The notes under the pieces: model-generated | What the model saw: only the letters and a program-made list of their open reading frames with translations | Told to the model about the DNA's origin: nothing | Database searches by the model: none | Position numbers and translations under genes: made by a program | Origin: Candidatus Krumholzibacteriota bacterium | GTDB lineage: Bacteria; Krumholzibacteriota; Krumholzibacteriia; JAJRXK01 | Reading direction: 5' to 3' | NCBI GenBank assembly: GCA_963806035.1 | Contig: CAWDWO010000031.1 | Location: 1 to 64,000, forward strand | DNA length: 64,000 bases | Shown here: in pieces, positions 47,040 to 57,285 of the stretch | How positions within the stretch are numbered: position 1 is the first letter of the stretch | Layout of the letters: each line of letters begins with the position of its first letter

Positions 47040-47795
47040 TCATTGATACTCGATGATGCGCCGGAAGGTCTCGGCCTCGAGGCTCGCTCCCCCCACCAGC
47101 GCCCCGTCGATGTTCTCGCATTGCATGTACTGGGCGATGTTGTCCGCAGTGACGCTGCCCCCGTAGAGAATGCGCACGCCCTGGGAGACTTGATCGCCAA
47201 AGCGCTCCTTGAGGATTCCCCGTACCAGCCGGTGTACGGCCTCCGCGTCCTCCGGTTGAGCACTGTTGCCGGTCCCGATGGCCCAAATCGGCTCGTAGGC
47301 CAGGACGACAGCCGCTGCCTGCGGCGCGTGCAGACCCTCCAGCACCGCGTGAATCTGTCCGCTGACGAAGGATTCGGTACGCCCCTGCAAGCGAATCTCC
47401 TCGCTCTCGCCGAAACACACCACCGGTTGCAGGCCCACGCGAAAGGTCGCGCGCAACTTCGCCGCCACCACTTCGTCCGTCTCGTGAAAGAACTCTCTCC
47501 GCTCGCTGTGGCCGAGGATGCAACAGCGGACCTGTAGCTCCTTTAACTGCTCGGCGCTCACCCCGCCCGTGAAAGCCCCGGGCTCTTGAAAGGCGAGGTC
47601 CTGGCAGCCGACTCCCACCACGCTGCCCTGCAGCACTTCCATGACCTGTGCCACGAAGGGCATCGAAGGACACACCATGACTTCAGGTCCCGCATAGACC
47701 CCGGCAAGTTGCCGTTTGAGTTCACGGGCCAAGCTGAGGCTCTCGGCGAGCCCGAGCTTCATTTTCCAGTTGCCGATGATCAATGGACGTCTCAT
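47040..47795 (-). CDS. tpiA: triose-phosphate isomerase
   Basis: GNWKM, GHSERR, AYEPIWAIGTG, LVGGASL. Confidence 0.98.
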   Translation of the reverse strand: MRRPLIIGNWKMKLGLAESLSLARELKRQLAGVYAGPEVMVCPSMPFVAQVMEVLQGSVVGVGCQDLAFQEPGAFTGGVSAEQLKELQVRCCILGHSERREFFHETDEVVAAKLRATFRVGLQPVVCFGESEEIRLQGRTESFVSGQIHAVLEGLHAPQAAAVVLAYEPIWAIGTGNSAQPEDAEAVHRLVRGILKERFGDQVSQGVRILYGGSVTADNIAQYMQCENIDGALVGGASLEAETFRRIIEYQ

Positions 47796-47825
47796 TAGCG
47801 GATCCCTTCGCGAATTGCAGTGAGC

Positions 47826-49037
47826 TCACACGGGAGAGGAGCTCACGTCCGAGAGTACCTCGACTCCCGGTAGAGTCTTGCCCGCCAGAAGTTCCAATGA
47901 CGCCCCGCCGCCGGTCGAGAGATGCGAGATCGAGTCGGCGAGATCGAGCTGATTGACCGCGGCCACGGAATCGCCCCCTCCCACCACGGTCCGCGCACCC
48001 TGCTCGGTGGCGCGGGCGATGGCGCGGGCGATGGCGCGGGTTCCACGGGCGAAGCGTGGCATCTCGAAGACCCCCATGGGACCGTTCCAGAACACGGTTC
48101 GCGCGCGGGCGATCTCTTCGGCGAAGAACTTCGTGGTCCTGGGACCAATGTCCAGGCCCTGCCAGTTTTCAGGGATGTCGGTGACGAGCACTTCCTTGAG
48201 CGCACCCTTCTCGGAGAACTCGTTGCTCACGACCACATCCTGGGGCAAGAGGATCCTGGTGCGCGAATCCTTGGCCCGCTCCAGTATGCCGCGCACCGTG
48301 TCCTGCAGGCCGTCTTCCACCAGGCTGGCACCCACTTCCAGTCCATGCACCTTGAAGAAGGTGAAGGCCATGCCCCCGCCGATCAAAATACAATCGACTC
48401 GATCCAGGAGATTTTCGATGACCTCGATCTTGCCGCTCACCTTGGCGCCGCCCAGGACGGCCACGAAAGGTTGCGCCGGCTTCTCGAGCAGGCCCTGCAG
48501 ATTGTCCAGCTCTTTTGCCATGAGAAGTCCCGAGACACGCAAGTCGAAATGCTGCGCGACTCCCACGGTACTCGCGTGCGCCCGGTGCGCGGTTCCGAAG
48601 GCATCGTTGACGTAGACATCCCCCCAGCGGGCCAGGGCGGCGGCAAATTGCGGATCGTTCGCGGTCTCTTCGGAATGGAAGCGGAGATTCTCCAGCAGAA
48701 CGATCTCTCCCGGCTTGAGCGTGGAGCGCGCGGCCTCCGCTTCCTCACCCACGCAGTCGGGAACGAAACGCACCGGCGCGCCACACAGCTCCGCGAGCCG
48801 GTCCGCGACCGGCTTCAGGCTCAACGAGTCCACGCGCTGCCCTTTGGGACGGCCCAGGTGACTCATGAGAATGAGCTGACCGCCGCGAGCTCGAATCAGT
48901 TCGAGAGTCGAGAGCGAGGCCCGGATGCGCGTGTCATCGGTGATCTCTCGGGCCTCGTTCATGGGCACGTTGAAATCGACGCGAGTGAGCACGCGGACTC
49001 CCTTGAGATCGATGTCTTGGACTGAGAGCTTCTTCAT
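47826..49037 (-). CDS. pgk: phosphoglycerate kinase
   Basis: RVDFNVP, SHLGRP, LENLRF, WNGPMGVFE, STGGGASL. Confidence 0.98.
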   Translation of the reverse strand: MKKLSVQDIDLKGVRVLTRVDFNVPMNEAREITDDTRIRASLSTLELIRARGGQLILMSHLGRPKGQRVDSLSLKPVADRLAELCGAPVRFVPDCVGEEAEAARSTLKPGEIVLLENLRFHSEETANDPQFAAALARWGDVYVNDAFGTAHRAHASTVGVAQHFDLRVSGLLMAKELDNLQGLLEKPAQPFVAVLGGAKVSGKIEVIENLLDRVDCILIGGGMAFTFFKVHGLEVGASLVEDGLQDTVRGILERAKDSRTRILLPQDVVVSNEFSEKGALKEVLVTDIPENWQGLDIGPRTTKFFAEEIARARTVFWNGPMGVFEMPRFARGTRAIARAIARATEQGARTVVGGGDSVAAVNQLDLADSISHLSTGGGASLELLAGKTLPGVEVLSDVSSSPV

Positions 49038-49153
49038 GATTCCCCAATTCTTCCGGCGCCTTCTCCCCCGGGCTCTTCCCCCTCACTCTGACCGGAGTTG
49101 GTGCGGTATCTTGTTGTTTTGCAAAAACTTATACTCTCGCTTGTACACGGCAC

Positions 49154-49183
49154 ATAGTAGAGACTCAAGTCCCGAGGTGTCAA
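49154..49183 (-). promoter_or_regulatory. putative pgk promoter
   Basis: TTGACA-18 bp-TACTAT. Confidence 0.6.
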
Positions 49184-49185
49184 GT

Positions 49186-49950
49186 TCACACTCGTTGAGG
49201 AGCCGCGGCCGCTCCGGCCAGGGCAAGCGCCAAGAGCGGGTGGCCCCGGGATCGCAAGAGCGGAACACAGGCGCGCAGGGTCGCACCCGTCGTCACTTGG
49301 TCGTCGACCAGAATCAGAGGCACGCCCTCGGGAAGTTCCGCCAGGCGGCTCACTTGGAAGACCGATCGAAGTGCGGCAGCGCGGTCCTCCTTGCGAGGGA
49401 GAGTCGCGAGGCTCCTCGTCGCCTTTCTTCTACTTAGTATCCCCTGCGCCAAGGGCAAGTTCCCGGCTGCGGCGAGTCGTAGCGCAAGAAGCTCGGGCAA
49501 GCTGTAGCCCCGTTGGGCCAGGCGCAACGGATCGTCGGGCAAAGCGACGATACGAGCATCCTTGATCCTCGCGAGGGATGGGGCGGCCCAGCGGGCGAAG
49601 ACCTCGCCCAGCGCCCCCATGAGCGGATACTGCCCTTGGTACTTCACCGCGTGAAGCAGCCGGAAGAATCGTGCTTCATCCCGGAAGCACCAAGCCACCG
49701 GGCAGCCCTCGTCCTTCCGCCCGGGCAGAGGCGGCTCGAGGGCGCTGCGGTGAAGACTCTCCATGCACGCGCGATGAACCGGGCCCGCCGTGGGGCCTGC
49801 GAGGAGCTCCGAGGGATTCGTCATGGGCGCGAGCCAGGATTCACAGATGGGACATCGTGCGGGCCACACCAGGTCCAACAGAGCCCGACGCCAGACAGAG
49901 GCGCGCTCTCGATGTGTCACTTGAATTGGTTCTCCATCGGGAGGTCCCAA
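49186..49950 (-). CDS. comF: ComF-family phosphoribosyltransferase-like protein
   Basis: N-terminal CPIC, RGY, LVDDQVTTGAT; start uncertain. Confidence 0.82.
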   Translation of the reverse strand: MGPPDGEPIQVTHRERASVWRRALLDLVWPARCPICESWLAPMTNPSELLAGPTAGPVHRACMESLHRSALEPPLPGRKDEGCPVAWCFRDEARFFRLLHAVKYQGQYPLMGALGEVFARWAAPSLARIKDARIVALPDDPLRLAQRGYSLPELLALRLAAAGNLPLAQGILSRRKATRSLATLPRKEDRAAALRSVFQVSRLAELPEGVPLILVDDQVTTGATLRACVPLLRSRGHPLLALALAGAAAAPQRV

Positions 49951-49957
49951 GGGAGGA

Positions 49958-50839
49958 TCAGGGAAGCACCTCTTGCATGAAGGCTTCAGGTCGCGAGTCG
50001 GGAAACCACAGGCGGAAAGATCTCTGGGCCTGCGCTCGCAGCATGCTTCGGCCGTCGGCGACGGGACCCTTCGATTCGTGCGCCAAAAGCAGACGCGAAG
50101 GAGCGGGCCCGTAGCACAGGTCCATGACCGCGCAGCCGGCGGGCAGTGCGCGAGGATCGACCGGACTCAGATCCTCGGGATCCAGTCCCAGCGGCGTGGC
50201 CTGGATGAGAAGGGAGAGCGAGTCCAGGGTCGCCGTCGCGAGCTCTTCGACGGATGCTCCGAAAGACCTGGCCCAGCCCGCTCGCGCCGGTGCTCGCGCG
50301 AGAACGCGGACCCGAGTTGCCTCGAGTTCCTGCAGCGCTATCAGCGCGGCCCGTGCCGCGCCGCCCGCTCCGACGATGGCGCACTCCCGCAGCCAAGCCC
50401 GTCCGGGAAAATGCCTCAGGAGGGCGTCCTGCAGCCCACCGACGTCGGTGTTGTGCGCCTCCCACCCCCCCGCGAAGCGCACGAGGGTGTTGGCGGCGCC
50501 CACGCGCGCGGCCAGTGCTGAGTGCCTCGAACTCATTTGCAACGCGAGTTCCTTGTGGGGCAGCGTCACGTTCAGTCCCGCGACCCTCGCCGCACTCGCC
50601 GCAGCCAAACAGCTCGAGAAATCGGCCGCGGATACCCGCACGCAGCGGTAGTGGCCCTCGATCTTCTCGCCCCGCAAAGCCGCCTCGTGAAGCGCGGGGC
50701 TGAGGCTGTGCGCGACCGGGTCCCCCAGGAGCGCCAAGAGGGGCCACGCTCGTTCTCTTCCGTCCGATTCCTTCAGAACCCCGCCGGCAAAGCTGAGCGG
50801 TGCGGGCAGTGCGCCGCGGTCCTTGCGGGCGGCGCTCAA
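49958..50839 (-). CDS. aroE: shikimate dehydrogenase
   Basis: HSLSP, NVTLPHK, ANT, NTD, GAGGAA. Confidence 0.93.
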   Translation of the reverse strand: MSAARKDRGALPAPLSFAGGVLKESDGRERAWPLLALLGDPVAHSLSPALHEAALRGEKIEGHYRCVRVSAADFSSCLAAASAARVAGLNVTLPHKELALQMSSRHSALAARVGAANTLVRFAGGWEAHNTDVGGLQDALLRHFPGRAWLRECAIVGAGGAARAALIALQELEATRVRVLARAPARAGWARSFGASVEELATATLDSLSLLIQATPLGLDPEDLSPVDPRALPAGCAVMDLCYGPAPSRLLLAHESKGPVADGRSMLRAQAQRSFRLWFPDSRPEAFMQEVLP

Positions 50840-50840
50840 T

Positions 50841-52112
50841 TCAGACCTCCGACCAACGCGCCGAAACGCTGAGCAGAAGACCCATCATGAGGCAAGAAGC
50901 CAGCATGGAGGATCCTCCGTAGGTGATGAAGGGAAGCGGCAGGCCCGTCACCGGCAAGAGACCCAGGGTGATGGAGATGTTCACGAAGGACTGGAGGAAA
51001 AAATAGCTGCCCACCCCGACCGCGAGCAGGCTCGCGAAGGGTCTCTTCGCCTTGACCGCGATGCGCATCGCGCGCACGAAGATGAGCAAGAACAGGCCGA
51101 TGACCAGCAGCGCTCCCACGAGTCCGAGCTCCTCTCCCAGCACGCTGAAGATGAAGTCGGTGTGACGCTCCGGAAGGAAGGCCAGTCCTTTCTGGGTGCC
51201 GTGCAAGTAGCCCTTGCCCAAAATCCCGCCGGAACCGATCGCTACTTTGCTCTGGTAGACCTGGTAGCCCACTCCCAAGTGGTCCGTTTCCCCCGGCTTG
51301 AAGAATGTGAGAATTCGCTGCTGCTGGTAGCTATGCAGCTTGTCCCAGACGAGGGGGATTCCCAGACCCGTCGTCAGATTGGCCACCACCAGGAGCACGC
51401 TGTGCAACATGTAAAGACGTGAGTAGAAGAGCGCGAACAGCAATACGACCACGTAGATGGCCCACGGCCAGTCCGTGTGCAGAACCTGCTGCCCGTAGAA
51501 CATGGCGAGTCCGCTCAGAAGCGGGGAGAAGAGCGCGAGCAGGAAGGAAGCGCGCACTCCCGACCAGAACATCATGGGAACGCCGAGAATCAGAAACACG
51601 AGCGCGGTTCCCAGATCGGGCTCCTTGAGCACCAGCAAAAAGGGAGGGAGCGAGAGCAAGAACACTCCCACCACCGTGAAAAAGGGGCCCTTCCCCTCGC
51701 GCACCGCGAGAAAGCGCGCCAGAGTGAAGAGGAAGGCCACCTTCGCCAATTCCGAAGGCTGCAAGGAAAAGGGACCCAAGCTCAACCAGCGATGCGTTCC
51801 GGCCCGCTCGGGGCTGATGAAGAAGACCGCGAGCAATGCGGCGATGGTCAACCCATAGAACACGAAAGCAAAGGTCTCGAAGAAACGAAGCGGAACGAGG
51901 AGACAGAGCAAAGCCGCCGCAACTCCCAGAACCAGCCAGATCATTTGATTGTAGACGATCGTGACGCCAATCAAGCGGTGAACCCCTTCGCTGCCTCCAG
52001 GCAGCGGCTGGGTGCAGGAATAGACCGTGGCCAGACCGATCAGCATCAGGGCAAACCACGCGCCGAGCGCGGCGGTATCCATGCGCGGGAAGAGCTGGAT
52101 TCCCCTTCTCAT
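50841..52112 (-). CDS. rodA: rod shape-determining protein RodA
   Basis: QPSELAK, PDLGT, AIGSGG, LPERHTDFIF, YGGSS. Confidence 0.96.
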   Translation of the reverse strand: MRRGIQLFPRMDTAALGAWFALMLIGLATVYSCTQPLPGGSEGVHRLIGVTIVYNQMIWLVLGVAAALLCLLVPLRFFETFAFVFYGLTIAALLAVFFISPERAGTHRWLSLGPFSLQPSELAKVAFLFTLARFLAVREGKGPFFTVVGVFLLSLPPFLLVLKEPDLGTALVFLILGVPMMFWSGVRASFLLALFSPLLSGLAMFYGQQVLHTDWPWAIYVVVLLFALFYSRLYMLHSVLLVVANLTTGLGIPLVWDKLHSYQQQRILTFFKPGETDHLGVGYQVYQSKVAIGSGGILGKGYLHGTQKGLAFLPERHTDFIFSVLGEELGLVGALLVIGLFLLIFVRAMRIAVKAKRPFASLLAVGVGSYFFLQSFVNISITLGLLPVTGLPLPFITYGGSSMLASCLMMGLLLSVSARWSEV

Positions 52113-53911
52113 GGTTGCACCTTCTCCGCTGTATCAGACGGGGTTTCTTGCTCCTGCCAGTTGAAATAGGTGTCGAGCAGTTCACCCACGATCGGCGCCG
52201 CCACCGAGCCTCCATGGCCGGCATTCTCGATGATGACGGCGACGGCGACCTCGGGATCCTCCGCCGGCGCATAGGCGATGAACCAGGCATGATCCTCCCC
52301 GGAGGCATTCTCCGCCGTGCCGGTCTTCCCCGCCACGTCGACTCCCTTGATGCGCGCCAAGCCGCCCGTCCCCTCTTCGGTGGCAACGACGTCGACGAGG
52401 GCGCTCTGCAAGAAATGGCGGATCTTGTCCGAGCAAATTTTCTCGTTCTCTCGCCGGACCAATCTCTTGTCGATGACGCCGTAGGCGTTCTCACGGGCCA
52501 GGATCAAGTGCGGGCGGTAGAGATAGCCGTCACCACCGATGGCGGCGTAGGTACGCGCCATCTGGAGCGGAGTGACGAGCAGCTCTCCCTGTCCGATCCC
52601 ATTGTTCAAGAGCACGGCCCTCGTCCAGTGCCTGACTCCGAAGCGCTTGTCATAGTACTTCTTGTCGGGCACGAGGCCCGAGGCCTCGCCCTTGAGTTCG
52701 ATTCCAGTCGGTCGCCCCAATCCGAAGCGGCGCGCGGTTTCGTCCAGCTCCTCCAGTGTCAGCCTCTCCGCCAACTGATAGAAATACACGTCGCAGCTCT
52801 GCGCGATTGCCTCCTTCAGATTCAGGCTTCCGTGCCCTCCGGGTTTCCAGCAGCGAAACACCCGATTCCCCAGTCGGTACCCGCCGGTGCAGGGCTCGAA
52901 GCGTGTCGATGGAGTGACCTTTCCGTATTTGAGACCCGCGGCCGCCGTGATCAGTTTGTAGGGACTGCCCGGTGGATAGGTGCCTTGGAGGGCGCGATTG
53001 AATAGCGGCTTGCCCGGGTCGTCACGCAGCTCACCGTAACGTTTGCCGCTGATTCCTCCTGTGAATTCGTTGGGATCGAAGCTGGGGGAGGAAGCCATGG
53101 CGAGAATGTCTCCGGTGGCCACCTCGATCACCACCCCGGCCCCCCGCTTCCCGTCGAGCAGCTCCTCGAGTCGGGCCTGGAGCGGCTGGCTCAGGGTGAG
53201 GTAAAGCTTCACCCCCGGAATGGCCTGCGAAAAACCTTCGGGAACCTCCCCCACCAGATGGCCGGCGACGTTCACCTCCACCACGCGACGACCGTGGACT
53301 CCGCGCAGCTGCTCCTCCGCCAAGCTCTCCACGCCGCTACGTCCGATGATATCTCCGGGCTCGTAGAATCCCCGGTGGTCGCGTTTCATATCGGCGCTGT
53401 TCACCTCGCCCACGTATCCCAAGAGATGCGCGGCAAGAGAGCCGAAGTGGTAGCGGCGTCGCGGCTCGACTTTGAGCTGAACATCGGGCAGAACCGCGCG
53501 ATGTTCCTCCACCACCGCGATCTGCTTGGGATCGGCGTGACGCAAAATGGTGACCCGGCTGGATTCCCCGGAGTCCTCCACTCGGGAGAGAATGAAATCG
53601 CGGTCCAGGCCCAAAAGGCGGATCAGGGCCTCGAGAGACTTGTCTCCCTCGTGCGCGCGGCTGCGCGAGATGGTCAAACGCGCCTGATGAACGTTGTCCG
53701 CCAGCGCGATCCCGTTGCGGTCGGCGATGATTCCCCGAGGGGCGTCGATCCGCATCGTGGTCTGACGGTTCTCACGAGCCAGTCCTACGTAGTATTCATT
53801 TCGAACCACTTGGGTGGCGATGAGAGACAGCACGACGATTGCGTAGGCCAGGAGTGCCCCGCGAACGAGAATATTGGCTCGCGACTCGCGCGCGCTGAGT
53901 TCAATGGCCAC
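52109..53911 (-). CDS. mrdA: penicillin-binding protein 2
   Basis: PRGII, SPYK, SCD, KTGTA; mre operon. Confidence 0.96.
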   Translation of the reverse strand: MAIELSARESRANILVRGALLAYAIVVLSLIATQVVRNEYYVGLARENRQTTMRIDAPRGIIADRNGIALADNVHQARLTISRSRAHEGDKSLEALIRLLGLDRDFILSRVEDSGESSRVTILRHADPKQIAVVEEHRAVLPDVQLKVEPRRRYHFGSLAAHLLGYVGEVNSADMKRDHRGFYEPGDIIGRSGVESLAEEQLRGVHGRRVVEVNVAGHLVGEVPEGFSQAIPGVKLYLTLSQPLQARLEELLDGKRGAGVVIEVATGDILAMASSPSFDPNEFTGGISGKRYGELRDDPGKPLFNRALQGTYPPGSPYKLITAAAGLKYGKVTPSTRFEPCTGGYRLGNRVFRCWKPGGHGSLNLKEAIAQSCDVYFYQLAERLTLEELDETARRFGLGRPTGIELKGEASGLVPDKKYYDKRFGVRHWTRAVLLNNGIGQGELLVTPLQMARTYAAIGGDGYLYRPHLILARENAYGVIDKRLVRRENEKICSDKIRHFLQSALVDVVATEEGTGGLARIKGVDVAGKTGTAENASGEDHAWFIAYAPAEDPEVAVAVIIENAGHGGSVAAPIVGELLDTYFNWQEQETPSDTAEKVQP

Positions 53912-54410
53912 CCCCTACCTCCCTTCTCTGGCCCAATGCACTGCCCCCCAACAGCGTGGCGAGGAATAGAAGGAAGACGCCGACGACCGCGGTGTAGAGG
54001 GCGGTCGGTAAAGACTGGGTGAGAAAGATGCGCAGGAAGCGGCCCGGCTCGAGGCGGGTGTAGGCCAATAGATAGATGAAGTCGTGCGTGAGCACCGCGA
54101 CGGCGAAGAGCGGGGCGTAGAGAGGAAGCGCGGGTAAGACCAAACTGGAGCTGAGGCGGCCGGAAATGTGCCCCACGATGGTCTTGGCCAGCATGCTCAT
54201 CCCCAAGGTGGCGGGCGTAAGAAGATCCTGGACCAAACCCAGGAAAAAACCCACCAAGGTGCCGGTCAGGGCCCCCCCGCGCAGCCCGAGCATCACCACG
54301 ATGAGCACGGTGAGATCGGGTCGCACCCCGAAGACGGCCATCCGGTCGATGACGGTGAGCTGAAGAACCAGTGCCAGCAGCGCAGTGAGTGTGAGACGCA
54401 GGGAGCTCAA
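53901..54410 (-). CDS. mreD: rod shape-determining protein MreD
   Basis: RPDL, GLVQDLL, polytopic; synteny. Confidence 0.92.
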   Translation of the reverse strand: MSSLRLTLTALLALVLQLTVIDRMAVFGVRPDLTVLIVVMLGLRGGALTGTLVGFFLGLVQDLLTPATLGMSMLAKTIVGHISGRLSSSLVLPALPLYAPLFAVAVLTHDFIYLLAYTRLEPGRFLRIFLTQSLPTALYTAVVGVFLLFLATLLGGSALGQRREVGGGH

Positions 54411-55264
54411 TGCTTCTCTCCCTGGCTGTCCTCGTCCTGTGGTGGCAGCACGCTGTCATCGTGCCGCGAATACCAAGGGCCGGGACGGGTGATCACGTAC
54501 ACCTGGGAGAGCGCGCTGAAATGTACCGCTGCTTCGATCTCCACATGCTGGAAGAGCTCGACCTTGGAGAGCTCGACGTTCGAGACACGTCCCACCGGAA
54601 TTCCGCGCGGTACCGTCCCTCCCAATCCGCTGGTGACGATCTGATCGCCCACCGCGATGGGATCCCCCTGGGGCACGTGATCCATGAGAAAGATGCGTCC
54701 GTTGTAGCGTAAGAGGCCGGTCACCCCACTCGCCACCGACTCGACGCTGATTCTGGCATCGGCTTCGGTCAACAGTTCCACCAGGGCGGTCTTCGCATCC
54801 AATAGTTCTCGCACTCTTCCCACCAGTCCACTCTCGGTGACCACGGGCTGCCAGATACGCAGGCTGTCCTCACTTTGAATTCGAATCTTGGCCTGGACCG
54901 GAATACGATTCACCGTCAATTCCAGCACGAGAGCGGGAGCCAATTTACCGCGGTTGTGTTCGAAGAAGCCGGCCCTGCGTTCCAGCTCTTCGAAACGTCG
55001 CCGCTCGAGCCCGATCTGCACCGCATCCAACTCCATCGCCGCGATCTTTCCACGCAGTTCCTCGTTTTCCTTGCGCAAGGAGCCGAGGTCATCGACGACG
55101 CGCGCGATCCACTCCACCGGAGTGAAAACACGATGGGCCAGTCGGGTGCCCACGTCCAGACGGGTAGGATTGTCCAGTGAAATTGCCCATAGCGAGAGCG
55201 CCACGCAGATGACCAACACGATCTGGTCGCGAAAGCGCGAGAGGCCCTCGGGGAGTCTGGCCAT
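54407..55264 (-). CDS. mreC: rod shape-determining protein MreC
   Basis: TM, coiled coil LRKENEEL, GLVGRV, TSGLGG-P-GIPVG. Confidence 0.94.
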   Translation of the reverse strand: MARLPEGLSRFRDQIVLVICVALSLWAISLDNPTRLDVGTRLAHRVFTPVEWIARVVDDLGSLRKENEELRGKIAAMELDAVQIGLERRRFEELERRAGFFEHNRGKLAPALVLELTVNRIPVQAKIRIQSEDSLRIWQPVVTESGLVGRVRELLDAKTALVELLTEADARISVESVASGVTGLLRYNGRIFLMDHVPQGDPIAVGDQIVTSGLGGTVPRGIPVGRVSNVELSKVELFQHVEIEAAVHFSALSQVYVITRPGPWYSRHDDSVLPPQDEDSQGEKH

Positions 55265-55265
55265 C

Positions 55266-56336
55266 TCAATCCTTGGCGGAGTGGATGATCACGTCCTCAT
55301 AGGAACTCACGTTGTCGAGGATCTTTCCCGTACCCAGGACGACACAATAGAGAGGATCATCCACCATGTTGAGAGGAAGGTTCGTCGCTTCCTTGAGAAG
55401 CATGTCGAGGCCTTTGAGCAAGCTTCCTCCGCCAGTCATGACGATACCACGATCGACGATATCCGCCGCCAGCTCGGGGGGAGTGTGTTCGAGCGCCTCC
55501 TTTACCGCTTCCACGATTTGATCGATCGGTTCCTGCAGCGCCTGCCGGATCTCGTCGCTCGAAATCCTCAGAGTCTTGGGGATCCCCGCCACCAAATCGC
55601 GCCCCTTCACTTCCCATTCGATCTCTTCGTCGAATTTGTATGCGCTGCCGATCTCCTTCTTGATTTGTTCCGCGGTGGGAAGCCCGATGAGGAGATTGTA
55701 GTTCTTCTTCACGTACCCCACGATCGCCTCGTCCAGCTCGTCGCCACCCACGCGAATGGACTTGTCGCACACGATACCGTTGAGAGCGATCACCGCGATC
55801 TCCGTGGTGCCGCCGCCGATGTCGATGATCATGTTGCCGCTGGGTTGATCGACGGGCAGGCCCACGCCAATCGCGGCCGCAATGGGTTCGGCCACGAGGA
55901 AGACCTCGCGCGCGCCGGCGTGCTTGGCGGAGTCCCGTACCGCGCGCTTCTCGACTTCGGTGATGCCGCTGGGAACGCAGATGATGATACGCGGCGCAAT
56001 GAAGTGGCGCTTGTTCTGCGCCATGTTGATGAACTCGCGCAGCATGTATTCGGTAACTTCGAAGTCAGCGATCACGCCATCTTTGAGGGGACGAATGGCC
56101 TCGATCTTGTCCGGAGTCTTTCCCAACATGGCCTTGGCCTTCGAACCGACAGCCAGGACTTTGCGGCTCGACTTGTCGACGGTGACTACGCTGGGTTCGT
56201 TGAGCACGATGCCCTTGCCCTTGATGTAGACCAGGGTGTTCGCCGTACCGAGATCGATCGCGATATCGTTCGTGAAGAGATTGTTGAAGCGATTCCAGAG
56301 ACTCAATTTACGCATTCCCGTACTCGTGCTCGTCAT
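55266..56336 (-). CDS. mreB: actin-like MreB
   Basis: [27 protein letters not shown]; start after GGAGG. Confidence 0.98.
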   Translation of the reverse strand: MTSTSTGMRKLSLWNRFNNLFTNDIAIDLGTANTLVYIKGKGIVLNEPSVVTVDKSSRKVLAVGSKAKAMLGKTPDKIEAIRPLKDGVIADFEVTEYMLREFINMAQNKRHFIAPRIIICVPSGITEVEKRAVRDSAKHAGAREVFLVAEPIAAAIGVGLPVDQPSGNMIIDIGGGTTEIAVIALNGIVCDKSIRVGGDELDEAIVGYVKKNYNLLIGLPTAEQIKKEIGSAYKFDEEIEWEVKGRDLVAGIPKTLRISSDEIRQALQEPIDQIVEAVKEALEHTPPELAADIVDRGIVMTGGGSLLKGLDMLLKEATNLPLNMVDDPLYCVVLGTGKILDNVSSYEDVIIHSAKD

Positions 56337-56355
56337 CGTTCCTCCGGCGCCCGCG

Positions 56356-57030
56356 TTAGAGCGCTCCTCGCTCACGCAGGCTAACGTAGCTTCCCTCGCC
56401 CAGAACCAGGTGGTCCAGGAGAGTCACGCCCAAGGTCTCTCCGCAACCGGCGATGCGGCGCGTGAGACGGAAGTCGTCTTGGCTCGGCTCGGGCGAACCC
56501 GACGGATGATTGTGGCCGAGCACGATCGCCGCCGAGGCCACCGCGATGGCTCCTCGAAAAATCTCCCTCGCTTCCACGCTCGCGGAGTTGAGAGTTCCCA
56601 AAGCGACCAGCTGCACGCGCAAGACTTGATGCCGCGCCCCCAAATGGAGTACCGCGACTCCCTCCTGCTCGAGTCCCCCCAGCACCGTGCGCAGAATGCG
56701 CGCCGCGCTCTCGGGTCCCTCGATCAGCTCGAGGGACTCGGCCTGTCCCTGCTCCACGCGGCGTCCCAATTCGAAGACCGCGCTCAGGGTCGTGCTACGC
56801 GCGAGGCCAATCCCATCCATCTGGCTGAGCTCAAACGCCTCGGCACGGGAAAGATGCCGCAGGTCGCCGAATCGAGCCAGCACTGATCGCGCCAGCTCGA
56901 GAGCATGACGCGAAGAGCCTCCTCTGGCCAAGACGAGAGCCAGAAGTTCGACCGCCGAGAGAGCGGAGGGGCCCCATCGCCGACAGCGCTCTCTGGCATC
57001 CACCACCTCATCGATGGAACTCGTACTCAC
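56356..57030 (-). CDS. radC: RadC/JAB domain protein
   Basis: HhH (GIGLA), [17 protein letters not shown]; upstream of mreB. Confidence 0.92.
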   Translation of the reverse strand: MSTSSIDEVVDARERCRRWGPSALSAVELLALVLARGGSSRHALELARSVLARFGDLRHLSRAEAFELSQMDGIGLARSTTLSAVFELGRRVEQGQAESLELIEGPESAARILRTVLGGLEQEGVAVLHLGARHQVLRVQLVALGTLNSASVEAREIFRGAIAVASAAIVLGHNHPSGSPEPSQDDFRLTRRIAGCGETLGVTLLDHLVLGEGSYVSLRERGAL

Positions 57031-57285
57031 TACAAATTGGGGGGGCGTCCACCAGTGGGGGCCTTGCGACGGCGCTCTAAACTCGTAAGTGGTTGCACGA
57101 GAACAGCCTAACCGTCGGCTGCGAAAGCAAGATAGCAGAGCCTCGCCGGCCTGAGCAACACTTATTTGGACAAGAGCGGCTGCTGGGGTAAGTTCTCCGC
57201 AGCCCGGGCGTGGGCCGGTGAAAATACGGCGTGATCCTTGCGATTCTCCGCCGAGACGGAATCAAAATCTGGTCTGAAGGTGCAC

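Noticed and set aside
49120..49131. IHF-like TGCAAnnnnTTA site (also 57086-57097 on the minus strand)
   Set aside because: Short, imperfect match to the consensus; two copies are insufficient evidence
56356..57030. RadC as a mobile-element or defence JAB gene
   Set aside because: Full-length HhH+JAB form in the common chromosomal radC-mreBCD context
57031..57285. Lysine riboswitch or tmRNA upstream of the aspartokinase-like gene
   Set aside because: Lysine riboswitch core motifs and tmRNA tRNA-like ends were not found
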